DNA of 64,000 nt. It comes from Candidatus Obscuribacteraceae bacterium. Lineage in GTDB: Bacteria; Cyanobacteriota; Vampirovibrionia; Obscuribacterales; Obscuribacteraceae. Each line of letters starts with the position of its first letter. Position 1 is the first letter of the stretch. Both the position numbers and the translations under genes were made by a program. Below, in pieces: positions 30,505 through 40,672 of the stretch. The notes under the pieces are model-generated. The model searched no databases and had not been told where the DNA came from. It saw only the letters and a list, made by a program, of their open reading frames with translations. The stretch is taken from positions 1 through 64,000 of the forward strand of contig JBGASG010000002.1 in NCBI GenBank assembly GCA_044229845.1. Reading direction: 5' to 3'.

Positions 30505-30921
30505 ATGAAAGCTGCCACTGACATTAGACGCGGTAGACACTGCGTGTTCAATTTGCATGTGCATTTGGTCTTTGTGACCAAATATCGTCGATTTGTATTC
30601 ACTAAATCCCTGTTGTCCGATCTTCAGGAGATTTTCTCCGATGTTTGCGAGGACTTTGAGGCTGAATTGCTCGAATTCAACGGCGAAGACGACCATGTCC
30701 ATTTGTTGGTGACTTATCCTCCGAAAGTCGCAATTTCGCATCTAGTAAACAGCCTGAAAGGTGTTTCCAGTCGTCTGCTTCGGAAGCAACATGGTGCCGC
30801 CATCTCCAAGAAGCTCTGGGGAGACAGTCTATGGTCTCCTAGCTACTTCGCTGGAAGTTGCGGAGGCGCCCCTATCAGCATTGTTCGCCAGTATATTGAG
30901 CAGCAACGCACCCCACACTGA
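30505..30921 (+). CDS. tnpA: IS200-type HUH (Y1) transposase
   Basis: HLVFVTKYR, DHVH (HUH), LWSPSYF, YIEQQ motifs. Confidence 0.95.
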   Translation: MKAATDIRRGRHCVFNLHVHLVFVTKYRRFVFTKSLLSDLQEIFSDVCEDFEAELLEFNGEDDHVHLLVTYPPKVAISHLVNSLKGVSSRLLRKQHGAAISKKLWGDSLWSPSYFAGSCGGAPISIVRQYIEQQRTPH

Positions 30922-31245
30922 TCGACAAGGCGTCTGCGCCGCCGGCGCTATCCTCCTCGCCCTGAAGGACGAGGCTTGCCGCGCATCTCGGTCACCAGGC
31001 ACCATGAGTGGTGCTCGACGCTACTGTCGACACATCGGATGAGTATATTCGTGTCACCGGATGCTTAGAGATAGGCTGCTCAAGCCTCCAGTCACCCCCC
31101 AAACCGCAGATAACGCGCTATAGCGCGCGTTTCTGATGGTTTTCCCTATATAAGGTATATGGTGCGGTTCGGCGCCAATACATTAAATTGAAACTGTGGC
31201 CCCCAGTCGGAGCCACCATTCGGGTACCCCAGCATAGATAATCAT

Positions 31246-32808
31246 ATGACCAACGAGCCGCTGGCATTTGATGCCAACCGCGCCCAAAGGCGCACCTCAC
31301 CCAACAAAATAACCAGCAAATTCCAGAGCGAAGAGGTCTTTCGTCTGGCGGTGAACAGCGTCAAGGATTACGCGATTTTCGTGCTTGACCCGACTGGTCA
31401 CATCATGACCTGGAATGAGGGCGCGCAAAAAACCAAGGGATACACCGCCGATGAGGTAATCGGCAAGCACTTCTCGATCTTCTATCCCGAAGCCGAAAAG
31501 GCGGCGAAGCATCCAGACTACGAGTTGGAAGTCGCGAAGCAGGAAGGGCGCTACGAAGAAGAGGGCTGGCGCATCAAGAAGGACGGCAGCTCTTTCTGGG
31601 CTAACGTTGTAATCACTGCGCTCTACTCGGACCAGGGACACTTGATTGGTTTCGCTAAAGTGACGCGCGACCTGACGGAGCGGCGCCGGCAGAAGATGCT
31701 GCGCGAGCAATCGGTTAAACATGAGGAGTTGTTTCGCTTACTTGTCACCAGCGTTAGCGACTATGCGATTTTCCTGCTGGATCCGCAAGGACACGTGATG
31801 ACGTGGAACGAAGGCGCGCAGAGAGCCAAAGGTTACACCGCCGATGAGATCATCGGGCAACACTTCTCTGTGTTCTACACGCAAGAATCAAAGGATGTGA
31901 ACCACCCCGAGTATGAACTCGAGCAAGCCATTTCAACTGGACGATATGAAGAAGAAGGGTGGCGCATTCGCAAAGACGGCAGTCGCTTTTGGGCTGGTGT
32001 GACAATTACTCCCGTTTACGATGAAGGGCGGCTGATCGGTTTCGGTAAAGTCACCAGAGATCTCAGCGAACGCAAGATTGCTGAAGAACTTAAAGAAGAG
32101 CATGCACAACAGCTGATGGAGAGCAACGCAGAATTGCAGCAACTCGCCTATGTGGTATCACATGAGCTGCAGCCGCCGGTGTCAACCATCGTGCGCTACG
32201 GCAATTTGCTCAATGTCCGGTACAAAGACCGCCTCGGCGAGGATGCCAACGAATTCATTGCGAAAATCTCGGTTGCCGGTCGATTGGTGGCACGTATGGT
32301 CGACGACCTCTGGACGTACGCTCGCATTTCGAAACCGCACCACGCCGGCGAGCAATTCAACAGCACCAACACCGTACGTGATGCGATCGCCGAACTCGAA
32401 CGCACTGACGAGTTTGCTGGTGCAATGCAGAGCGATACCATCGCTTTCGATAACACCTTGCCGGCGCTCAAGGGCGACCGTGAACAATTCGTGTTTCTGT
32501 TCAAAGAATTGATTCGCAATGCATTGCGCTACCGCAGGGAGAACGCTGCGCCGCAGGTGAGTGTAACTTCTGAGCCCAAGCGCGGGGGATGGCTTTTTAC
32601 CGTCAAAGACAACGGCATGGGTATCGATCCGGTATTGTTCGGTGAAGTGTTCAAGGTCTTTCACAGGCTGGAGGGCGGCCCGACTCCGGAAGCTACAGGC
32701 ACCGGGCTCTCGATGTGCAAAAAGATCGTGGAGAGGCACGGCGGAGAACTGACGCTCACTTCCACACCAGGACTTGGCACAACAGTGCAATTCTGGTTGC
32801 CCGCTTAA
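31246..32808 (+). CDS. Soluble PAS-PAS sensor histidine kinase
   Basis: Two similar PAS/PAC domains; SHEL H-box, N box, DNGMG, GTGL. Confidence 0.93.
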   Translation: MTNEPLAFDANRAQRRTSPNKITSKFQSEEVFRLAVNSVKDYAIFVLDPTGHIMTWNEGAQKTKGYTADEVIGKHFSIFYPEAEKAAKHPDYELEVAKQEGRYEEEGWRIKKDGSSFWANVVITALYSDQGHLIGFAKVTRDLTERRRQKMLREQSVKHEELFRLLVTSVSDYAIFLLDPQGHVMTWNEGAQRAKGYTADEIIGQHFSVFYTQESKDVNHPEYELEQAISTGRYEEEGWRIRKDGSRFWAGVTITPVYDEGRLIGFGKVTRDLSERKIAEELKEEHAQQLMESNAELQQLAYVVSHELQPPVSTIVRYGNLLNVRYKDRLGEDANEFIAKISVAGRLVARMVDDLWTYARISKPHHAGEQFNSTNTVRDAIAELERTDEFAGAMQSDTIAFDNTLPALKGDREQFVFLFKELIRNALRYRRENAAPQVSVTSEPKRGGWLFTVKDNGMGIDPVLFGEVFKVFHRLEGGPTPEATGTGLSMCKKIVERHGGELTLTSTPGLGTTVQFWLPA

Positions 32809-32887
32809 AACGTCCAGTCCAGCTTCGATACAGGCACCTTTTGTTTTGCCGGTAGTCTAAACCAGAGCAAAGCGCAAGGAGTTTCGT

Positions 32888-33316
32888 ATGCAAACTGAAG
32901 CAATCAAACAGCTCAACTCATTACTGGAAGGCGAAATTTCCGCCACTGAAACATACAAACAAGCAATCAACAAAGTGGATGACCCATCATTTCGCCAGGT
33001 GCTCTCTGACTGTCTGACCTGTCATGAAAACCGCTCGCGCACGCTCACTGAAGCGGTGACACAGATGGGCGGCGAACCGGCGCATGGTTCGGGCGCGTGG
33101 GGCGCATTCGCGAAGATGATGGAAGGCGGTGCCACTTTATTCGGCAACAAAGCGGCCATCGGCATTCTCGAAGAAGGCGAGGACAAAGGTCTCGATATGT
33201 ACCGCAAAGCTCTCGAGAAGGACGACCCCGCAGTGCGTCGTCTGGTCAACGAGGATCTCTTGCCGGCGCAACAGCGCACGCACGCCGCTATGAGCGCATT
33301 GAAGCACGCATCGTAA
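32888..33316 (+). CDS. Ferritin-like DUF2383/PA2169-family protein
   Basis: LNSLLEGE.SA.ETY, EEGED...Y motifs; AAGGAG RBS. Confidence 0.85.
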   Translation: MQTEAIKQLNSLLEGEISATETYKQAINKVDDPSFRQVLSDCLTCHENRSRTLTEAVTQMGGEPAHGSGAWGAFAKMMEGGATLFGNKAAIGILEEGEDKGLDMYRKALEKDDPAVRRLVNEDLLPAQQRTHAAMSALKHAS

Positions 33317-33341
33317 GCGTGTACACGGCGCAGCACAGAAG

Positions 33342-33372
33342 GGCGGTGCCCAAGCGGCGCCGCCTCTTTTTT
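33342..33372 (+). terminator. Intrinsic terminator
   Basis: GGCGGTGCC-CAAGC-GGCGCCGCC followed by TCTTTTTT. Confidence 0.85.
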
Positions 33373-33420
33373 GGCGAAAAACAGGCTTGGCGCGGCTTTC
33401 GGGGACTTATTTATTAGCCC

Positions 33421-33449
33421 TTTACAGACATACGGGCGTATGGTATACT
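33421..33449 (+). promoter_or_regulatory. Sigma70-type promoter with palindromic operator in the spacer
   Basis: TTTACA-17 bp-TATACT with TG extension; CATACG-GG-CGTATG palindrome at 33429-33442. Confidence 0.7.
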
Positions 33450-33613
33450 GCCCTTAGTTCTGGAAGGCTAACAATTTGTCCCAGTGCAGCATCGCATTGA
33501 GCGCTGCACCGACATTTAGTGCCGGAAAGATCCTGTCCCAGTTTTTTCAAAGCCGATAATCAGACCGCCTGTGTCGCGGTCTGCCGACTTTGCTGCGTGT
33601 GTGAGGCAATGAG

Positions 33614-35206
33614 GTGATGCACATGGACACGATGGTTATCCTATATATCGCAATCGCGCCCCTGGTTGGTGCGGCATTAGCCTGGATAATCGCCGCCCGC
33701 TTCAAAGATGGTGCCTTGCGGGCCGCCGCGGCCGAGCACCGCTCCGCCACCACCGCCAGTGCCGAACGCGCGCGCCTGTTCGAACAACAGGTTGAGTCGT
33801 TGCGTGCCACCATTATCAATCAAGAAACAGAACTTAGATGCGCTCGCGACCTGACGGTTTCGCAAGCGACACAGCTTTCTGCAGCACTCGAACGCAATAA
33901 CCGGATCGCTCAATTAGAAGATCTGGTCGCCGCCAGGGAAGTCCAACTCGGGAGTATGCAGCAAGAGAATGCCGAAGCTGGAGCCAGAATTTCCGAATTG
34001 GCGACATTGCTGGAGAGCGAGCGGCAAATTGCGCAGGAGAAACTGGCAGTGCTCGATGATGCGCAGAAAAAACTGACAGACGCCTTCAATGCGTTATCGG
34101 CGGATGCTTTGCGAAAGAACAACCAATCTTTTATAGACCTTGCCAAACAGACGATGGAACAGTTTCAGCAAGGAGCCAAGGGCGATCTGGAGGCACGACA
34201 GAAATCGATCGAAGAGATGGTGAAGCCTCTCAAAGAATCTCTGACCAATGTCGATTCCAAAATTCAAGATCTGGAGAAGTCACGGGTTGCCGCCTACAGT
34301 GGGCTGCAAGAACAAGTGAAGTCGCTTGCGATCACGCAAAACGAGCTGCATCAAGAGACGCACAAACTGGTGAAGGCGTTGCGTGCTCCCTCCGTTCGCG
34401 GCAGATGGGGCGAGATACAGTTGAGACGAGTGGTTGAAATAGCCGGCATGCTAGAGCACTGCGACTTCGTCGAGCAACAAAGCGCCGAGACCGAAGAAGG
34501 TCGGCTGCGCCCCGACATGGTCGTCAAATTGCCCAGCAACAAGAATATCGTGGTCGATTCAAAAACACCCCTGCAGGCATACTTGGATGCGCTCGAGGCA
34601 CCGGATGAGGAAACGCGCATCAAATGCCTGCGCGATCATGCCCGTCAGGTGCAGGTGCATCTCAGCAAGCTGTCTGCGAAAGCATACTGGGATCAGTTTC
34701 AACCGGCGCCGGAATTCGTAATTCTCTTTCTGCCCGGCGAAACTTTCTTCAGCGCCGCGCTCGAACAAGATCCTGAATTGATCGAAGCCGGCGTTCAGCA
34801 GCGGGTGATCATCGCCACACCGACGACATTGATTGCTCTTCTGCGAGCAGTTGCCTATGGTTGGAAGCAGGAAAAACTGGCGGAAAACGCGCAAGCGATC
34901 AGCCAGCTCGGCAAGCAGCTTTATGACCGCATTCGCGTTATGGCCAATCATTTTGCCGACGTCGGGCGCGGTCTGGACAAAACCATGACGGCTTACAACA
35001 AAACGGTCGCGTCATTTGAAAGCCGCGTCCTCGTTAGCGCCCGCAAATTCGACGAACTTGGTGCGGGCAGCGGACAGGAGATTGCGGTCATCGAGCCGGT
35101 CGAACAACCGGTGCGCCAGCTTGAACTGCGCGCCGACAACATATTCGCTCTGACAACGCTCGACGAGCCGACGCTGTCGGAACGGGCCCGCGTGGCGATA
35201 GACTGA
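33614..35206 (+). CDS. rmuC: DNA recombination protein RmuC
   Basis: TM helix, coiled coil, RGRWGE, RPDMVV, VDSK, IATPTTL motifs. Confidence 0.95.
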   Translation: MMHMDTMVILYIAIAPLVGAALAWIIAARFKDGALRAAAAEHRSATTASAERARLFEQQVESLRATIINQETELRCARDLTVSQATQLSAALERNNRIAQLEDLVAAREVQLGSMQQENAEAGARISELATLLESERQIAQEKLAVLDDAQKKLTDAFNALSADALRKNNQSFIDLAKQTMEQFQQGAKGDLEARQKSIEEMVKPLKESLTNVDSKIQDLEKSRVAAYSGLQEQVKSLAITQNELHQETHKLVKALRAPSVRGRWGEIQLRRVVEIAGMLEHCDFVEQQSAETEEGRLRPDMVVKLPSNKNIVVDSKTPLQAYLDALEAPDEETRIKCLRDHARQVQVHLSKLSAKAYWDQFQPAPEFVILFLPGETFFSAALEQDPELIEAGVQQRVIIATPTTLIALLRAVAYGWKQEKLAENAQAISQLGKQLYDRIRVMANHFADVGRGLDKTMTAYNKTVASFESRVLVSARKFDELGAGSGQEIAVIEPVEQPVRQLELRADNIFALTTLDEPTLSERARVAID

Positions 35207-35236
35207 GACTTTCCGACACCGGGTACATATTGGATT

Positions 35237-37426
35237 GTGCCCTCAAGAATGCCGGCAGTGGAACAGCACCCGATACGCGAGGTCGACTTCGATGCAACAG
35301 CCAGCGATCTGGATGCGCTGCAGCCGGGCACGACTTTGGACGGCAAGTATCAGATCAAGCAACTGATTGGTACCGGTGGCATGGGCTCCGTCTACCTGGC
35401 GCATCACCTGCAAATCGACAAAGACGTGGCCATCAAAGTACTGCATCCCCGATATGCGGCCGACCCGGAAGGACTGAAAAGATTCCAGCGCGAAGCCCGC
35501 ATTATCTCGGGGCTGCGTCACCGAAACATCATGCTCAACTATGCCTTCGGTCATGTGAACGGGCTGGTTTACATGACCGAATTTGTGGAAGGCAAATCGC
35601 TTGGCGCAATTGTTCGTTCCGAAGGTCCGCTGCCACCCGCTCAGGCACTGCCTTTGCTGTTGCAAATCTGCGACGCGATGACTTACGCGCACGAGCACGA
35701 CGTCTTCCACCGCGACTTAAAACCGGACAATGTCATTGTTGTCGAAACAACTCCGATCCTTATAGATTTCGGACTCGCCAAGCTCCTGGACGGAACCGAC
35801 GGGCAGCGCCTCACCCGCACCGGCGAGGTAGTCGGCGACCCGCATTACATGAGCCCGGAACAAGCGCAGGGACAACAACTCGACAAGCGGTCGGACGTCT
35901 ATTCGTTCGGTTGTCTGATGTACGAGGTTTTGACCGGCGAGCCACCGTTCGTTGCCGACTCACCAGTGGCGGTGCTGATGAAACAAATCAGCGAGCATCC
36001 AGCACCGTTTCCTGCACATTGCAAATTGCCGTCGGCTTTAGAAGCAATTGTTTTCACCGCCATGTCAAAAAATCGCGATGCGCGATTCGACTCGTTTCAG
36101 GAAGTGCGGGATATTCTGGCGCAGTTCATTGCCAATCCCGACATAAAAATCAAGCCGCCGAGCAGGCAACGCTCCGCCCTTTCAGGCGGCGTAAGCGATA
36201 GTTCGAAGCGAATTTTGATCGCGGCGGGGCTGATGCTGCTGGTAGCGACTGCCGTCGGCACCTGGTGCTTCGTCGAAAATAGCAGGCGGCAAAATGAACG
36301 CGATGCAGAACAGGCAATCGCCGAAGAGAAACTGCGCGATTTCCTCACAAATTACCATGGTCAGGATCTCGATGAGATCATCAGGCTGGGCAAAAAGTGG
36401 CACGATGCTGCGGCTGTTGCCAGGGCTCAATTTTTGCTCGCCGAATATCACTTGTCGGTGGACAACTATGTTCGAGCCATGGACACAGCAAACGACAGCC
36501 TGAATGGCGCTGCAATAACCAGGAAAGAAGCTGCGGCATTCAAGAATGTCTACGCCGAATCCGCCCGTCGATTGCATCGACTGGGCGATGCAGAACGAGT
36601 ATTCAAAGATTTGTACTTGCATCAAGCGGACGAAGTACGCTCGCCGGAAAAACAAATTCAACTGCTTCTTCGCCTGGCGGACGTCGAAGCTGATTTAGGC
36701 AAAGTAGATGAAGCCGCTCGCCTGACTCATGAAGCAGAGGATCGATACGGAAACATAATGCTGCCACGTGTGTGGCCCGGTGGCAGTCCGTCTCCAGACC
36801 AGATTCTCTTCGATCTGGCGACGCTACATGTGAAACTTCACGAATTCGATCGCGCTGAAAAGCTGATTAAAACAATGGATTTATCGTGGGTCATACAACC
36901 GTCCAGCTTGAACCCCAACGCCGAACTGAACATGAAGCTGCAGGCTGCCCGCGGCAACTACGCCGCACTGGATAACTACACGCACCAGGTGCTGAGCGCC
37001 CAAGTCGACGGCGACTCCAAGTTGCTTGCCCTTTCTGCGATATGCAATTCTCTGTCGGATGCAAAACAGTTCGACCACGCCCAGAAGGTGTTGCGAGAAA
37101 TGGGACAAATTAGCAAGTCGCTGGGCAGACCCGGACTGGATGCACCGTACGGCGCGGTCGTTAAACTGACCACGATGCATCTCGAGGAAGCGCAAGGGCA
37201 CTACGAACAGGTTGCCGCCGAAGCCACAAAACTTCTTCCCACGCTGCTGAATCATCCGTACTATGCCAAGCCGGTTTACGAATGCGTGGATTTGCTCTAC
37301 GACGCGTTGCACCACCTGGGCAGAGAATCCGAACTTGCGACGATCTACAGTCAACTGCGCGACTACCCGCATACAGGCAGATCCACGGGTGAGAACCTGC
37401 GCGGACGCCGAGCCCCAAGCAATTAG
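35237..37426 (+). CDS. Hanks-type Ser/Thr kinase with TM helix and TPR-like ectodomain
   Basis: GTGGMG, VAIK, HRDLKPDN, DFG, YMSPEQ motifs; close paralog of 17647-19833. Confidence 0.95.
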   Translation: MPSRMPAVEQHPIREVDFDATASDLDALQPGTTLDGKYQIKQLIGTGGMGSVYLAHHLQIDKDVAIKVLHPRYAADPEGLKRFQREARIISGLRHRNIMLNYAFGHVNGLVYMTEFVEGKSLGAIVRSEGPLPPAQALPLLLQICDAMTYAHEHDVFHRDLKPDNVIVVETTPILIDFGLAKLLDGTDGQRLTRTGEVVGDPHYMSPEQAQGQQLDKRSDVYSFGCLMYEVLTGEPPFVADSPVAVLMKQISEHPAPFPAHCKLPSALEAIVFTAMSKNRDARFDSFQEVRDILAQFIANPDIKIKPPSRQRSALSGGVSDSSKRILIAAGLMLLVATAVGTWCFVENSRRQNERDAEQAIAEEKLRDFLTNYHGQDLDEIIRLGKKWHDAAAVARAQFLLAEYHLSVDNYVRAMDTANDSLNGAAITRKEAAAFKNVYAESARRLHRLGDAERVFKDLYLHQADEVRSPEKQIQLLLRLADVEADLGKVDEAARLTHEAEDRYGNIMLPRVWPGGSPSPDQILFDLATLHVKLHEFDRAEKLIKTMDLSWVIQPSSLNPNAELNMKLQAARGNYAALDNYTHQVLSAQVDGDSKLLALSAICNSLSDAKQFDHAQKVLREMGQISKSLGRPGLDAPYGAVVKLTTMHLEEAQGHYEQVAAEATKLLPTLLNHPYYAKPVYECVDLLYDALHHLGRESELATIYSQLRDYPHTGRSTGENLRGRRAPSN

Positions 37427-37519
37427 ATCCGACCGTTGGCTCATGATTTCAATTCGTCCGCATGTGTAGGACGCATAACCGCCGGGTAAATTGGGGTATC
37501 GACTCGGCGTGCGAAATTT

Positions 37520-38969
37520 ATGAGACATACTGCGATGCCTTCCTCAGCTCAGTTGTGCTCCGGCTTTTTGTCTGCCATCACGGCGATCTGCCTGGCTTTC
37601 GTTACGTCGATTCCCGCCGCTCTGGCGCAAACCAAATCTAAGCCCACGACTGGTGTCAGCAAGTCTCCGGCCGGCTCCGTCAAGGATGTCGGCACGAATG
37701 GCTCATCAAAAGACATATATCGTGGTAATCGGCATCAGCAACTTCGCGCACCCGGAATACAACCTCAAGTACGCAGCCAAGGACGCCGAAGATTTCAAAA
37801 ACTTCTTGATCAAAGAATGCAACTTCGCGCCCGACCACGTCAAGTTTCTCAAAGATGACCGCGCCACGCGCGGCGCCATCATGGATGCATTCGGTGACAA
37901 CTGGTTGCCTCGAGTGGTAATGCCCGGCGACCTGGTGGTGATCTACATATCGACGCACGGCACGCCCGCCACGCGCGATGCCAGCGGCCGAAATTACATC
38001 GTCGCTTACGATACCGACCGCGACAAACTGTATTCGGAAGGTGTCGAGATGAACAGTCTCAACTCAGAAATCAAAACTCGCGTCAATACCGACCGCGTGC
38101 TGATCGTCATGGATACCTGCTACAGCGGTGGTGCCGTATCTGGTGCCCGCGGCGGCGAAGCGCCGGCGAACTTCGATGCCAAACAGATTGCGCAAGGCAC
38201 TGGACGACTGGTGCTCACTTCCAGCGCTCCCAACGAACGCTCGTGGGAAGGTAAGGAATATCAAAATGGTCTCTTTACGTACAACCTGATCAAAGCGTTG
38301 CGCAAAAACAACAACAAGGTCGATGTACTGACCGCCTTCGCCGACGTGCAAAAGAGCGTGAAGTGGGAGGCGCAATCCAATTTCGGTGCTCCGCAAACTC
38401 CCTCACTGGGCGGCAAATGGGAAGGCGTCAACCTCGTACTGTCGACACCGCCTTCGGAGCCGCGCTCGGTGCCCTGGTCGATGAAGGACATCCCCAATAC
38501 ATTCAAAGATTATCCGCTAGGGAACCTCGCACCCACCGCACTCTCTGAGATGGGCGTCGCGTCCATAACCGCATCGAAAGGCGACCCCGGACTGTTCCCG
38601 CGCGGCAACGAAATGGTATTGCCGCAGGGCTGCGATCGCGTGCTTTTGATCGGCGGTTGCGGTTTGACCTCCGAGCTGAACATCAAACTCGAACATCCAG
38701 CTACCAGTTTCAGCATCACACGCATCGGCGTGCTGAATGGTTCTTCACTGCCGAAGTGGCGCATGGAAGGTTACAACGCCGCCGGACAGGTAGTCGGCAC
38801 CACCGGAGACCCTAATTTCAGTTTCGACAATCAGTCGCGTTCATTCACGGTCAGCGGAACGTCCCCGATCGTGCAGGTGAAGCTGTTCTACGACAATCGC
38901 ATGAACGAAACCACTCCATGGGCGACTTATTCGACGCTGCCGATTTGCAAATTCGAACACACGCACTGA
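37520..38969 (+). CDS. Caspase-like (C14) peptidase, apparently frameshifted near 37715-37720
   Basis: VVIGISNF, STHG (His) and DTCYSG (Cys) in ORF 37653-38969; signal peptide lies in another frame from 37520. Confidence 0.8.
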
Positions 38970-38986
38970 CTAGCGGGGCGCACCAT

Positions 38987-39460
38987 TCAGCTGGTACGCG
39001 AATCTACATGATGGAGGCGCTCGATGGGCGCGCTGTTTCTTTGCCCGGCGGACGCACTTTCAGCAAGCAGAAAGTCGACATCGAAGTGGTGCGCTGCCGC
39101 CCGCTCCGGTGTAGCTTGTTTCTCCTGCCCGCCTTCACCTTGTCTTTGCCCGCGTTTTTCGATCTCTTCATTGATATCGGTGATCAGTTTGGTCACTTGC
39201 TCGGGCGTCATTTGCGATGGGTCTTCCATAGCATCCATGCGCGCGCGCAACTCTTTCTGCACTTGTTCGAGTCGCTCATTCTGTTGCTTAGTAATCATGC
39301 CTTCGGCGACCATTACCTCGCCGATCAATTTGCCCTTATAACGCGCGTCGTTTTTCTGCAGATCAAATGCTTTCTCGACCTGGTCTCGAGATGCGTAACC
39401 GAGCGCGACGGCGATGTCGCCCCAGCGCGTTCCGGGTGGATATTTTTTGGAGTCAACCAT
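38987..39460 (-). CDS. Stand-alone MshEN-like protein
   Basis: RWGDIAVALGY...AFDLQ and LIGEVMVAEGMI...LEQVQ tandem motifs; AGGAG RBS. Confidence 0.7.
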   Translation of the reverse strand: MVDSKKYPPGTRWGDIAVALGYASRDQVEKAFDLQKNDARYKGKLIGEVMVAEGMITKQQNERLEQVQKELRARMDAMEDPSQMTPEQVTKLITDINEEIEKRGQRQGEGGQEKQATPERAAAHHFDVDFLLAESASAGQRNSAPIERLHHVDSRTS

Positions 39461-39588
39461 GATCAGCTCCTGACAGTGCTCGTCAGCGTAGCAAACGAAA
39501 CCGCCTCTAGTCGGTACTTAATTGCGCACACCTGAAACGCGCATGGGCGCTGGAGCCGTGCAAAAAATGTGACACGCTGAACTGACGA

Positions 39589-40149
39589 CTACTTCACTTT
39601 GCTGGCGGCGATAATTTGCGCGATGGTTTCTTCTGTGAGCGGGTCATCGCCCAGACCGGGGAAGCCCTGCCAGCGCACTACGTTATCGGGAGTGATGATC
39701 ATTACGTGCGGGATGCCCTTCACGCCAATCTTATCCTTCATAGCGCGCGACGTGTCGGTGCCGACGTAATAGTCCATAGGGTTGGACTTTTTGAAGGCTT
39801 TCAGAGTTTCTTCACTCTCATCCGAAAGTCCGATTACCACCAGATCGTCTTTGAATTTTTTCTGGAACCCATTCAGTTCGGGCACCAGATGTCGGCACGG
39901 TCCGCACCATGTCGCCCAGAAATCAATCAACACCACTTTGCCTTTGGTGTCCGGCGCGGGCCCGTCGATCCATTTTTCGACCTGGAGCTTGGGCGCCTGC
40001 TTGCCGCGAAAGTCATTGTCCGCATAGAGCTGCTTGCTTTTGGCCGCCGGATAGCCCGCCGACTTGTCGGCAAGCGCCATCTGTGCACCGCCCACTGCCA
40101 ACATGCAAACCAGACCGAGAGCCGAAATGCCAATCGCGCCAAATCTCAT
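39589..40149 (-). CDS. TlpA/ResA-like thiol-disulfide oxidoreductase
   Basis: DFWATWCGPC, cis-Pro GIP, signal peptide. Confidence 0.93.
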   Translation of the reverse strand: MRFGAIGISALGLVCMLAVGGAQMALADKSAGYPAAKSKQLYADNDFRGKQAPKLQVEKWIDGPAPDTKGKVVLIDFWATWCGPCRHLVPELNGFQKKFKDDLVVIGLSDESEETLKAFKKSNPMDYYVGTDTSRAMKDKIGVKGIPHVMIITPDNVVRWQGFPGLGDDPLTEETIAQIIAASKVK

Positions 40150-40195
40150 AATTCAGTCCTCACTGACTGTGTAGCGGTATCGAAAGTGGTGCCCG

Positions 40196-40519
40196 CTAAA
40201 TGAGATGCAAAACCAGCAAGCGGGTGCCGATCTGCAGTTTGTCACCGGGCGCCATTTTGGTCAGCTTGCCTTCGAGCGCTTTGCGATTGAGCGTGCAGGA
40301 AGGAATAGTCTGAAACATGTTGACCTTGCGCGTCAGCGCCGCACCGGGAATGACCGCAGCCCAGTAGTCGTTGCCTTGCTTCTCAATGCGAACGTGCATC
40401 GGGGAGATGCCTTCCGCAGTAATGACAATATCGCAGTTTGGTCCTGACCCGATTTTGCAGGAAGGCTCGGTGATGTTGTATTGATCGCTCGACTCGGCGT
40501 CAATCAGTAGTGCAGACAT
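40196..40519 (-). CDS. FHA-domain protein (degenerate)
   Basis: IGSG..CDIVI...IS..H...GDKLQIG; AGAGG RBS before ATG 40519. Confidence 0.8.
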   Translation of the reverse strand: MSALLIDAESSDQYNITEPSCKIGSGPNCDIVITAEGISPMHVRIEKQGNDYWAAVIPGAALTRKVNMFQTIPSCTLNRKALEGKLTKMAPGDKLQIGTRLLVLHLI

Positions 40520-40672
40520 AGGACCTCTTAGTGCGGTAACAAACCTATCTATAGAGTTTACCAGCTGGAAGCGAGGGGCGCTGAGCGGTCCCCTTGTCAT
40601 GCCGAAAGCGCTATCATGGGTGGTTAATTGACATTGGACGCCGGATGCCATGACCAGGCAAGGAGTATCGGC

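Larger units (their letters stand above)
29233..30990 (-). mobile_element. IS200/IS605-family element (divergent tnpA and tnpB)
   Basis: Right end GAAT-CCCCTTCC-TTCA-GGGAGGGG-AGGACG-TCAA; left end CAAG-CCTCGTCC-TTCA-GGGCGAGG; flanked by TGAC at 30991-30994 (minus strand). Confidence 0.92.
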
